NCBI GenBank assembly: GCA_965240325.2
Contig: OZ251225.1
Coordinates: forward strand, 744,001-808,000
Origin: Rebecca billardiae RCC1528
Taxonomy: Eukaryota; Protista; Haptophyta
Length of the DNA stretch: 64,000 bases
Direction of reading: 5' to 3'
Part shown: positions 11,831-22,200 of the stretch, one piece after another
Layout: each line of letters opens with the position of its first letter
How positions within the stretch are numbered: the stretch's first letter is position 1
The notes under the pieces: generated by a model
Databases searched by the model: none
Told to the model about the DNA's origin: nothing
Seen by the model: only the letters and a program-made list of their open reading frames with translations
Made by a program: the position numbers and the translations under genes

Positions 11831-12538
11831 ATGTTAACCAAGTGTGCACGTTAATAATAGTAAACTGTACTTTACTTCGCGGGCCACCCGGCACCCAGTG
11901 CCCACTTGGGTATTTTGAGCGCCTTCCGGCTTTAAAAGATATTACCCGTGTATGAATCAAGGGTAATCAAGGGGCTTTTAACAAGGGGCTTAACGAGTTA
12001 ACGGCCTTAACCTGATGATATCCGCCACTGAGAAGCGACGGTTCATGAATCATGACTTCAGATGCCGGCATAATAATTCTTTACTTCAAGCGACATAAAA
12101 TCTGACTCAACCTCTCTTTTCTATGGTTGGCGAGCTGTTTCAGGCTCTTACAATTCAAGCATCTTACTATGACGGAATGTTCGAACACACGGCTGGTGTT
12201 ATATGCTATTCCACCCGGCATTCCCCTAAGTGTTACTATCGTTAAAATTAGCATCTACTACAAACGCAATCATTGGCAGCGAAATCCACTCATACGTACG
12301 GTAAGGCCACCCACAAAAATCCCCCAAATCCTGCGCGCATCCTCTTTTTGATTTTGCGGAGCACGTGCGCCGCCCCCCCCCGGCTTTCGCTCACGCTCAG
12401 ACCTTTCGGGGGGGGGGGCGTGCGCCATTATATGATATATATGACTATATATAACTATAACTATATCTATATCCATATATCCATATATCTCTATCTCTAT
12501 CTCTATATCCATCTCTGTATCTCTATATGACACATATA

Positions 12539-13535
12539 TCCCCTTACCGCAGGTTGCTTCTATACGAAGCAAAGATGGGTTCGCCCCCGCGGGTGCGTGC
12601 TCGACGGGCAGGTGGACGCCGCGAGAGGGCGCGCGATGGCTGAGAGGCATCTTCGTGAGCATCTTCGTGGGCCACCCGAGCCTCATCGCCGCCGCCCTCC
12701 CCCTCACTCCGGTGCCACGGCGTCCAAACGGAGTGCCAAACGAGTGTTCGAGCACGCCCAGAAGCAAAGTTTTGAGGGGTGCTCGGTTCGCCTCTGAGGT
12801 GCTCGTATCGCTACGGTATGGTGCCGCACGCGGTACCGCATCAGGCGGGGTGAAGGACGTCATCCGCCGGTCGGCTCTCGGGCTGCCAGTCAGTGCCTGT
12901 GGTGCTCGGACGCTGCTCTCCGAGCTCGAGATCCATCATGCGGCTTCCTGTGTGACGTCGGCAATGAGGAGGGTGTACTTGCGCAGCGGGGCGCGCGCGT
13001 CGCGCATGCGATCGAAACCGAAACAGACGAAGAAACCTGACCGCCCATCCCGCCGAGCTCCTGGCTGACTTGCACTCGGCAATCACGCCGCGCGCGCGGC
13101 CTGCGGCTGCTGCGTGCGGCAAGCCGCCGAGCGTGTCACGCGCGACTAGCAGGTGAGTGAGTTCAGCGCGACGAGTCAGGTGAACGCGCGCAGACCAGCG
13201 CGTGCAGTACGTACACCGCCTACAGCCATCTCGACCGATCGCCTACCTGCCTGAAGCAGCTGCAAGGCGTGCAGCCGGGTGTCGCGGGCACACGGCCAGC
13301 CTGGCGGGCACGACACGCCCGTACGGCAGCTCGGCGCGCTGCCGCGCGATGCCATCGTGGAGGCATTGTAGCTGGAGGGACCAGTCTGGCGGCTGTCTGA
13401 GGGTAGCTAGACCATGCCTGCACAGTATCATGCGGCGTTCAGCGCCCAAATGCGCCCTGACTGGCCGCAAGGCGCCCTCAGCGGACGCCGTCAACTTTGC
13501 TTCCATACGAAGCAAAGTGAACTGCGGTAAGGGGA
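12539..13535. mobile_element. MITE / non-autonomous TIR element (~1 kb, TA flanks)
   Basis: Perfect 14-bp TIRs TCCCCTTACCGCAG (12539) and CTGCGGTAAGGGGA (13522-13535), with TA on both sides. Subterminal palindrome TTGCTTC-N5-GAAGCAA at both ends. Confidence 0.8.
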
Positions 13536-14698
13536 TAGAGATATCCTGGAAACCCACGAGAACAAAGGCACGACTTCGGCGCTGGGGACCAGCCCGTCGC
13601 ACCCCTTTTTTTGACGCCCACTCACCACGACCGTATCATCGGTCACATATGCGCAATTCGCGTACCCGTCTAGGCGCGCCATATGACAAAAGCCGCTCGC
13701 GTCATGCGTTCAAACACCGCTCGTCGTTCGGCGCTTTTTGAACTCACAATTCGCGCGAATCGCATCGGCCGATTCGGCCCATTCGTCGTGTCGCGAGTTC
13801 ACAATCGACATTCGCACGAACCGTCACTTTCTCGCTAGACATTTCACGAACGAAAGGGCGCGCTTATATTGGCACGCGGATATCATCTTGCATTTGACAT
13901 ACGAGCGTCGGAGCAACCTCGCGCGGCCTCGATGTCCCGGGTCCGAAGAACAGAGAGCCGAGAGCCCACGAATCCGCCAAGGGTTGCCCTCGTCCTTGCG
14001 GTCGGTCGCGCGACGAACGGCTTGCGTGCGGCGCCAGCGAGCAACGCGGGGCGCGCGGCGGGCTCACGCGCGAGGCTGCCCACCACGCGCACGCGCGCGA
14101 ACCCGCCGGCTCGGGCGACACGCGCCGCCTCAGCTCGAGCACGAGCGCGAGGCGTGGCGCCGCGGCTCGGTGGCGGCGCCGGAGGGCTCGAGCTGCACTG
14201 CGTGCGACGAGCGGCTCGCGTGCGGTGCCAGCGGATGAAGCGGCACGCGCGGCGGGCGCATACGCGCAGGGCCGCCCTCCACGCGCGAGCGCGACACCGC
14301 GTGTTCCACGAGCTGCACAGCAGGCGGCCGGTGCTGGTCGGCGGTCGACGGAGTGCCGCCCGGCCCGTTTCGCTTGGGCGCGGGCCACACTCTCACTCAC
14401 AGCGCGGGGCGTGGTGCTGCAGACGGGCCAGTCATTGCAGCGCTCACTTCGTGCTCAGACGTGCACACGCGCGCGCGTCGTCAGCCCCGCCGCTGCGGCC
14501 CGGCGGCTGCGGCTGCCGGCCTGCCGCCGTCGCTTGCGCCCATCGCAGCGTCGGAAGTTCCGAGCTCGGGCGACCGGCCTCGAGCCATCAGGCGTTAAAA
14601 AAACAGGTTTCCAGCCCAAGCTGACGCGCAGCGCCAACCCATATAATCGTGGTCAAATTGTCGTCGCTAGACTAGACTGAGTCGAGGTCTGTCCGACG

Positions 14699-15670
14699 TT
14701 AGTTGATGCCATCCACGGCGACGATTGCCAGCGCCGCGTGCGCCTGCTCAAGTTCCCGCATGGAATGGTGCAGCTGCTCACGCAGACTCGTGATCTCGGC
14801 ATCCTTCGAGGCAACCACGGCGCGCACGCGATCCTCGATCGCGGCCAGCTGCTGCCTATGCGTCGAGCCCTGGTCGCGCGCTGTGCGCTTGGCCGCATCG
14901 AGCTGGCGCTCAGCAGCGGCAGCGGCACTTGCCATCGCTGTGCGCAAAGAAGCGCGCTGCTCCGCGCTGGTGACTTGCGCCCATTCCAGTGCTGACTCGG
15001 CGGCACGCAGTTCCACCGCGATTGCGCGGATGCATGCGCCTTCAGTCGCGAGCTCGCCGCTGGCTGCAGCAGCCTGGGCTCGGAGTGCCTCCAACTCAGC
15101 CTCCAGCGCCGAGCCTCGCTGGCGCGCCTTCTCGTGCTCGTGCCGCCACGCCTGCTCGCTGCGGATCACCTCAGCGACGCGCTCGCGATGAACGGCGGAC
15201 TGGTCGGCGAGCTTGCTCGCCCAACGCTCGGCGCGCGCCTTGACCTCTGCCGCGTGCGATGCGCGCACCTCCTCCATCACGCGCGCTTGCCTCACCGCAA
15301 AGCGCGACATCTCGTCCTCCAGATCGGCAAGGTCCTGCCGGAGGATCCCTTTCTCGGAAGCATGGCGGAGGGCGTCAACAGCATGCGCATGTTCGGCTCG
15401 CTGCGCCGCGCCGGCGCGCGCCTGCTTCTCCGCCTTCATGCGCCTGGCACTTGAAGCCTTCTCGTGGGCCAGCTCTGCCTCGAGCGCGTGCACGCGGTCG
15501 CGATGCACCTGCAGCTGCTTCTGCAGGGCGGTGACCTCCTCGAGGCCCTCCACCTGCAGGCGTTCCATCGCCGAGGAGTTCTCTTGAAGCGCCTTGCGCA
15601 TCTCCTCACGCTGCGTCCCGGCCGCGCGCAGCGCGGCGCGCCTCTCGTGGTACTGGGCCAATTCCTCCAT
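14699..15670 (-). CDS. Coiled-coil protein with CEP131/AZI1-like C-terminus
   Basis: Heptad-rich throughout. C-terminal IEDRVRAVVASKDAEITSLREQ resembles the CEP131 C-terminal motif (recalled similarity). Confidence 0.6.
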   Translation of the reverse strand: MEELAQYHERRAALRAAGTQREEMRKALQENSSAMERLQVEGLEEVTALQKQLQVHRDRVHALEAELAHEKASSARRMKAEKQARAGAAQRAEHAHAVDALRHASEKGILRQDLADLEDEMSRFAVRQARVMEEVRASHAAEVKARAERWASKLADQSAVHRERVAEVIRSEQAWRHEHEKARQRGSALEAELEALRAQAAAASGELATEGACIRAIAVELRAAESALEWAQVTSAEQRASLRTAMASAAAAAERQLDAAKRTARDQGSTHRQQLAAIEDRVRAVVASKDAEITSLREQLHHSMRELEQAHAALAIVAVDGIN

Positions 15671-15696
15671 CGCCGCCCTTCAAACGGTCAAACCGT

Positions 15697-15744
15697 GGCC
15701 GGGGCAAAGGACCATCATATTTTTGATGGTCCTTTGGCCGGGGC
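15697..15744. repeat. 30-bp hairpin flanked by 9-bp direct repeats
   Basis: GGCCGGGGC-AAAGGACCATCA-TATTTT-TGATGGTCCTTT-GGCCGGGGC. Confidence 0.85.
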
Positions 15745-15865
15745 CGCTTGGCGGAGTTGGCGCTGGCGACGCCCCGGACTTCATCGACTTATTTGAAAAA
15801 GACTGCTGAAGAGCATGGCGGCCCGCCCGCCAGGTCTTGCGAGTGGCTGCCTTGCTGGATGATAC

Positions 15866-17431
15866 ATGCGGCCAGTGCCCCGGCTCGCAGAGCTGTGCGA
15901 GGCGTCGATCGCGCGGAATGCGGGCATCGCCCTCGCGCGTGCGCACACGCTGCCCGTCGACGAGCGCTGCTTCGCGCAGCTCACGCGCGCACTGAGCGCT
16001 GACCGGCACGCGCTCGACGATCGGCTGCTGGACGCGCTGCTGCGGCCGGGCTTCGAGGCCATCGACCTGAGCGGCTTCGTGCAGGTGACGAGCGAGGGGC
16101 TTCGCCGCGCTGCGCCCCGCCTCGCACGCACGCGCCGCATCGCCCTTGATGGCATCGGCGCGACGGACGCGGCAGTCGAGAGCGTGCTGAGCTACCCGGC
16201 GCAGCTGCTGTTGCTCTCGGTCAGCCGTTGCCGGCAGCTGACGGACGGCTCGATGCTCGCGCTCGCTCGGCGTTGCCTTACCACGTTGACCTCGCTCGAC
16301 ATCTCGCACTGCAAGCAGCTCACCGACGCCGCGCTCGCCGCCCTTCTCGCCGGCGCGCGCGCCCTTGAGGTGCTCGATGCCTCCATGCTGCCGCAGCTGA
16401 GCGATGCCTGCTACCGCCCCGCGCAGAGCGAGGCGCAGCGACGCGCGGTGGGGCGGCTGCGCGTGCTGCGCCTTCGCGGTTGCCGAGGCCTCACGGACGC
16501 CGGCCTCGCCGCGCTCCTCGCCGACGCCACCTCGCTCGAGGAGCTCGACCTCGCGCTCACCGCGGCCGCTGAGGGCGCCGCTGACACCGTGGCCGAGCGC
16601 GCAGGCGGAACCCTCCGCGCGCTCGAGCTGACGCAGTGTGCGGCGCTGCCGCTCGAGGCGCTGCCCGTGCTCCTCGTCGGCTGCGCGCAGCTGACCTCGC
16701 TCGACCTCTCGCGCTGCCCGCGCATCACCTCCGTCCCCTTCGCGCACTCGTCGCACTCGCTGCTGACCGTCCGCCTCAGCTTCTGCGAGCTCGAGCCAGC
16801 GGCGCTGGGCGAGCTCGCGTCAAGCTGCCCGCAGCTCACCGGGCTGGCGGTGCGTGGCTGCGCGCGGCTGCTGGACGAGACTGTCTTCGAGCTGGCCGAG
16901 ACGTGCTCACTCCTCGAGGACGTCGACCTCGCGCACTGCCCGCAGCTCACCGACCACGCCGTGCGCGCACTCGCCGTCCGCTGCCCACGCCTGCGCTCGC
17001 TGGCGCTGGACGGCAACGCGTGGCTGAGTGACGAGGCCGTGGAGGCAGTGGCCGAGGGCTGCGTCGAGCTCGCAAAGCTCGCGCTCGCGCACTGCTCCGA
17101 TGTCGGAGACCCGGCTCTGCACGCGCTCGCCCGCCACAGCCACTTTGTGCGCTCTCTTGACGTAAGCCACTGCGAGCGCGTCTCAGGGCGGGCCATTGTG
17201 CACTTTGCGCGCCACTGCGCAGGGCTCCAGTCGCTCGCGCTCGCAGGCTCGCCCGCCGTGACGGCGGACGCGTTGGCGGAGGTGCTGCGCTTCTGTCCGC
17301 TCATCCGCAGCCTGGACGTCTCCCGCTGCGCGCTGCTCGACGTCCCCACCGTGGCACGCATCACTGCATCCGCCGCGCTTGTCATCGACGTGCGGCGTTC
17401 TGGCAGTGGCACGACCGCACATCATCAGTGA
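15866..17431 (+). CDS. Cysteine-containing LRR (FBXL/AMN1-like) protein with N-terminal BC-box-like motif
   Basis: VPRLAELCEASI (BC-box pattern) followed by many LxxLDLSxCxxLTD repeats. Confidence 0.88.
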   Translation: MRPVPRLAELCEASIARNAGIALARAHTLPVDERCFAQLTRALSADRHALDDRLLDALLRPGFEAIDLSGFVQVTSEGLRRAAPRLARTRRIALDGIGATDAAVESVLSYPAQLLLLSVSRCRQLTDGSMLALARRCLTTLTSLDISHCKQLTDAALAALLAGARALEVLDASMLPQLSDACYRPAQSEAQRRAVGRLRVLRLRGCRGLTDAGLAALLADATSLEELDLALTAAAEGAADTVAERAGGTLRALELTQCAALPLEALPVLLVGCAQLTSLDLSRCPRITSVPFAHSSHSLLTVRLSFCELEPAALGELASSCPQLTGLAVRGCARLLDETVFELAETCSLLEDVDLAHCPQLTDHAVRALAVRCPRLRSLALDGNAWLSDEAVEAVAEGCVELAKLALAHCSDVGDPALHALARHSHFVRSLDVSHCERVSGRAIVHFARHCAGLQSLALAGSPAVTADALAEVLRFCPLIRSLDVSRCALLDVPTVARITASAALVIDVRRSGSGTTAHHQ

Positions 17432-17799
17432 TCCTAGCAGTCGTGACTTTCACCTCAGTAAGCTACCGGACGATCGGGCCGTCGGGCGGACCGTCGGACG
17501 ATCGTCCGTAGTAGACGACGAATAAGAGTCAAGTCGCCACGTCTACTCCGTACACGGGGTCCAGTCGGCTACCCGAGGCGAGACTGGCGAGAGTACCACG
17601 GCCACGGGTGTGCGGCCCCTCGGTCTGACCCCGGTGCCGACCCGGGGCGGGTGTGACTGTGACTCAGTGTGAGTGAGGCCCGTCCGCGAGTCCGCGACCG
17701 CCAGCATGTCCATGATCGGCGGGCCGGTCATATCATCGGCACCGGACGCACCGGACACTACAGGCAATCGCGGGCAATAAGAAGTCAGAGATCTCACGG

Positions 17800-18260
17800 C
17801 TAGCCTCGGTTTCTTAGCCGTTCGGTAGCCCGAGCGCCTACGGAGTCTCAGTTTCTTAGCTAGGTCCGCCCGCCGCGCAGGCGCGGGGGGCGCAGGGGGG
17901 CAGAGCCCCCCGCTGAGTCTTTAGGCCCGGCCGGCGAGGCCGACGAAAATTTTGGGCCTTTGCTTTTTGGAGCAAATCTGGCATGATGTTGCATGGATGC
18001 TGCGGTGCACTGGCCAGGAGTCAGTCATCAGGAGAAGTCGGGACTTGGCCTGTACTCGTAGTCGGGCCGCGCGCCGCGTCCCCGACGGGCCGACTGCGCC
18101 TCGCCGCCCTCGCCCCTCGGCGGACCACTCGTCAGCCGGGACGACGTAGTCCCGGTTTCTTAGTGTGACTATGCGTATAGCGAACCAGCCAATCGCTAGC
18201 CTCAGTTTCTAGGCCAGATCCGCAGATAGCAAGCCCCAGTTTCTTAACGTGACAGCTCCT
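17800..18260 (+). repeat. Dispersed repeat (decayed non-autonomous DNA element), copy A
   Basis: Colinear with 33600-34190. About five internal C(A/G)GTTTCT(T)A motifs. Confidence 0.75.
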
Positions 18261-18623
18261 TATTGCCCGCGATTGCCTGTACTGGGCGGTCCGGCGTCGC
18301 GCCTTAGTCTTAGAACTGAGCACGGGCAGGCCCGCAGGCCGGGCTGGAGCCTGGCCGGCCTGCCCGGTGCAAACAGCACAGCTACGCAAGCTGTGAGTCA
18401 TCTGTGATTGACTGATTGTGTAAAGCATCACTAAGCAGCAGCAGAGTTATTTAGTATTAAGTAGCCGGTAAAGCCGAGTGTGTTAACTGTAGTTATATAT
18501 ATGACGAGAGGCCGTGTGGCTGACCAGAGTCATCGTCATGTAATATTACTACTATTAATATTAGTAGACAGTCTGAAGCTAGTCCTACTAGTACTAGCTA
18601 CTGTACGGCCTAGCTTACTAGTC

Positions 18624-18624
<1 letters not shown>

Positions 18625-18668
<44 letters not shown>
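18625..18668. repeat. (TA)n microsatellite
   Basis: Direct. Similar tracts at ~10525, ~49900 and ~57995. Confidence 0.95.
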
Positions 18669-18671
<3 letters not shown>

Positions 18672-18682
18672 AATAACTATAT

Positions 18683-19235
18683 TGTCAAAGTCCAAGGCAG
18701 CCATCGGCGCCATTCCCCAGCTCGAGACTTTAATTCCAAGGCGCTGAGCAATTTCAGCCGCCAAGCTACAGACTTTCATCATGCAATTCAATCGGTTTCA
18801 CCATTCAAGAGCAAGGCCAACAGCAGCCATTGTTCATGCAAGTTACTACTCCAAAGATAAGGAGCATCGGCACACACATGAGGTCTTCGGACTACACATC
18901 CAAGGGTCCAGGGATTCTTCACCACTTGGGAAGGTACCCTGAACTGGACCAGAGACTACCATGCAGTCATCAGAACTTTCTTTTCATTTCGAGGAGACGT
19001 CCCGATCATCACAGGAAGCTTTCGTGCAATGACCCGAAGGCAATCAACGGAATTCCGAGAGCATTCCGACCGAGGAAAGCAGGCACACGAAGATTCCAAA
19101 ATCTTCGATGCCACTTCCATCAGCTTTCACCAGACTGAAACATCAGTTACCTGAAACCAGCCATCAGCAAGGGGGACGCCCCTTCGCCCCACGAAACACA
19201 GTAAGGACCGCACGACACGCGCGAAGCGCCAATCA
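18683..19235 (+). repeat. 5' LTR
   Basis: TGTCAAAG...GCCAATCA. Matches 25896-26448; I saw only one A/G difference. Confidence 0.97.
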
Positions 19236-22200
19236 TGAGCTCAGGGGTGCACAACGTCGTCCGATCCTACGATCAGCGCAAGCGGACCCGCATCGATCGG
19301 CTCCGCCACCACGGGAGCCCCATGCTCCTCGACATTGATTTCGGCGACAACGCCGGATCGGCACGGAACGACACCGGCCGCAAGGAAGACATCGAGTTCC
19401 CATCCTCGCGATGGTACGACCAGGGCGGGAGCCCGCGTACCTTCTACGAGGACCGTCGCAGCTCCATCGAGAAGCGCGACCGCCACGACGGACACTACCC
19501 GCGTGGCGAGCAAGGCCCCAGTCGCCAAGGCAACGGCGGCGGCCGGCATCACGCACCGACCGAGTACAAGCACCACCGGCGGAGCGACGACAACCTCGTA
19601 CCCTACGACGGGACGCGGTTCGCGGAGAGCACAAGGCCATCCAACTCCGCGCATGCGCACTGGCACCCGCCCCATTCGCGGGGCCACCGATACCATCCCT
19701 CGCATGACAGCGAGGCCGAGCGCGCCGCGCCGCGCACCGGCGCGCGCGCAACTGAACCCATGACGATCCCCAGCGCGCAGGAGCGATCGTCGGCGCACGA
19801 CAAGTACCCAAACGGCCCGCGGCCCTCCGGCACGCTGGGCTGGGACTACAAGCAGCCCGTCGTGCTCCCTGAGCAATGGCGAGTGCCCCCGTCCTCGCAG
19901 AAGGACGACTCGCCGTCGTCGCAGTCGCTGCATCGCGACGCTACGACACAGACGGAATCCCCGGACTCGGCGTCGCCGACTGCGACTGGACACGACCAGC
20001 ATGGAGGCAGCAGCGTCGCAGCGCCGGAGGCGGACGCGATGGCGGGCGACATCCCGACCATCAGCGTCGTGACCGACTTCAAGGAGCCGCACAGCCACTA
20101 CCCCTTCGACCCGGGCCAGATCACTGGCGAACAGCGGTCGGAGCCGTTCGAGGAGTTCGCGCCGCAGCTTGACGACCTCGCGCGCGGCTCGACCCCGCCG
20201 CCGGACGCGTTGAGCCTCAATGATGTCCTCAACGTGCTCAAGGATGCGGCCATCGACATCAACGGACTCGTCTACCAGGATCCGATGGACATCGGAGACG
20301 ACATCTTCACCATTGGAGGTATGTGCAGCGACTCGAGTGACCGGCCCCAATCCATCTTGTGCTGCAACAAGGCAGCATGGGAACACGCTGCGCGCGACAA
20401 GCATCGCATGTCCTCATACCTGTGCACTTACCCCCTCCTGGCTGTCAGCAGTTGGTATGGTGTAGGCGAGACCTTCGATTGCATCATCCCGGAGATCCCG
20501 GCGCGCAAGAACATGGGCAACGGCATCTACTGCAGCCAGTGGAGTGAGATTGACGACGATGATCCGAAGTCGCGCCAGCCATGCGACAATCAGTCGTGCA
20601 CATCGATGCATTGCACCCTCGAATGCATCATCTGTGGGATGGGCAGAGTCTGCAGCTACCGATGCGCAGACGCCATCCAAGTTCAGCATCAGCTCGAATG
20701 TGAGCAGATTATCCAGTTTGCAGCGATGAACGACGGGATTGACATCGATGATGATGGCATTCACTTCCACCGGCAGGACGGACCCGTCGCAGCGGCTGAT
20801 CGCCGCAGCCTGAGCGTCGTGAACGACGCAGGCGCCAGCCTCGATGATATTTGCCCTTGGCGGCCATCCAAACGATGCACTATCTACTCGGGAGGCTTCA
20901 TCGCAGCAGCCGCAGAGCGGCAAGGTCACAACTACACAGTTGGAGACTATGTGCGGGAGAGGGACGAGCTTCACCAAAGCAAGTTCGATCTCATGTTCCA
21001 TTGTAATGACGCACTCCTACAGCCAGGTGTCGCATGCTTCCTGCACAAAGAGTTCTATGGGCTGACTTCTGAAGCGAGCGAGGGACACTCGCCGGCTGAC
21101 GACGGCCCACCTGGTGGTGTCACAAACTACCCACCTGCCACGACTGGTGACGACAACAGCGCACAGCAGAGCAGCGATGGGGACGAGTCTTCTACATCGT
21201 CGGACATGGGCAGCTATGCCACAGCAGAGGACCACATTGAGACAAGCTCGCTCGACGCGTCACCACGAACGCGCAGAAATGGAGGCGAAGCTTGCATCAC
21301 CTACTTGCCCGACGCACATGCAATGATGGCTGTGCAGACAAGCCAGCCTGGCGTCGGAAGCTACAAGCTGAATTTCTTCACAATCAAATCGAAAATGGCT
21401 ATCCACGGAGCGATCAAGGACGCAGTCACCGAGGTCAAGGCTTCCTTCAAGGGAAGAGCGACCGACACTACGTCGTCCATGGTCACCCTCGTCGAGGCCA
21501 GGCTCTCCGGATACGCGCTGGCCGAGGCCGCCGTGTGGACAGCCGAAAATGCTATTCGGGAACCGTACGCAACCGCATTCGCAAACATGGACGCGGACAC
21601 CACCATCATGCAGATGACGATCGTCTACGAGCGATCGGTGGAAGTACTTTTCAAGCGTATCAAGGACATGATGCTGCCGAGTCTCTTTTCGTACCTCGAG
21701 TCGAAACGGCACATCGTGAACCCAAATGAGAATTTCCTGAATTTACATACTCTGCTCGAAATCTTCGAGCACGAGCTGAACGTATCGACCATGTCGGAGC
21801 TCCGAGCTGAGTTCAAGAAGCTCTACCCGGACCGACCGACCCCGGTGAGCGGCCCCGAGATGATCAAGCAAACGGTGGAGATGGTACGCGCATCACGCTA
21901 TCGAGAGCTAGACGACGCCACACTCCTCGTTTTCAAGTTGTACAACGGGATGCACGAGCACCCAGAGGTCTACTCGACCGTCATCTCTATTTACGGTTCA
22001 ATGTCGCCCCAGCAATGCGTGGCGCAGACCGAACAGCTCACCGCCCAGATCGAGGACGCATACAGGCGTTGGACTCAGTCGCCCAAGGGACGACAGGCAA
22101 CGCAACGTGACCCCAAGCGGGGCGGTCCCGCGCACGCTCTCAATACTGAGGAGGCGGACCGCCGACAACCAGCCGTCACGTGCTCGCACTGCGGGCTGCG

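Noticed and set aside
13545-14640. Possible further TIR element (TTTTTTGACGCC vs GGCGTTAAAAAAA)
   Set aside because: The inverted similarity is too short and no TSD was found.
18830-19138. 102-aa ORF duplicated at 26043-26351
   Set aside because: Lies within the LTRs; no coding evidence.
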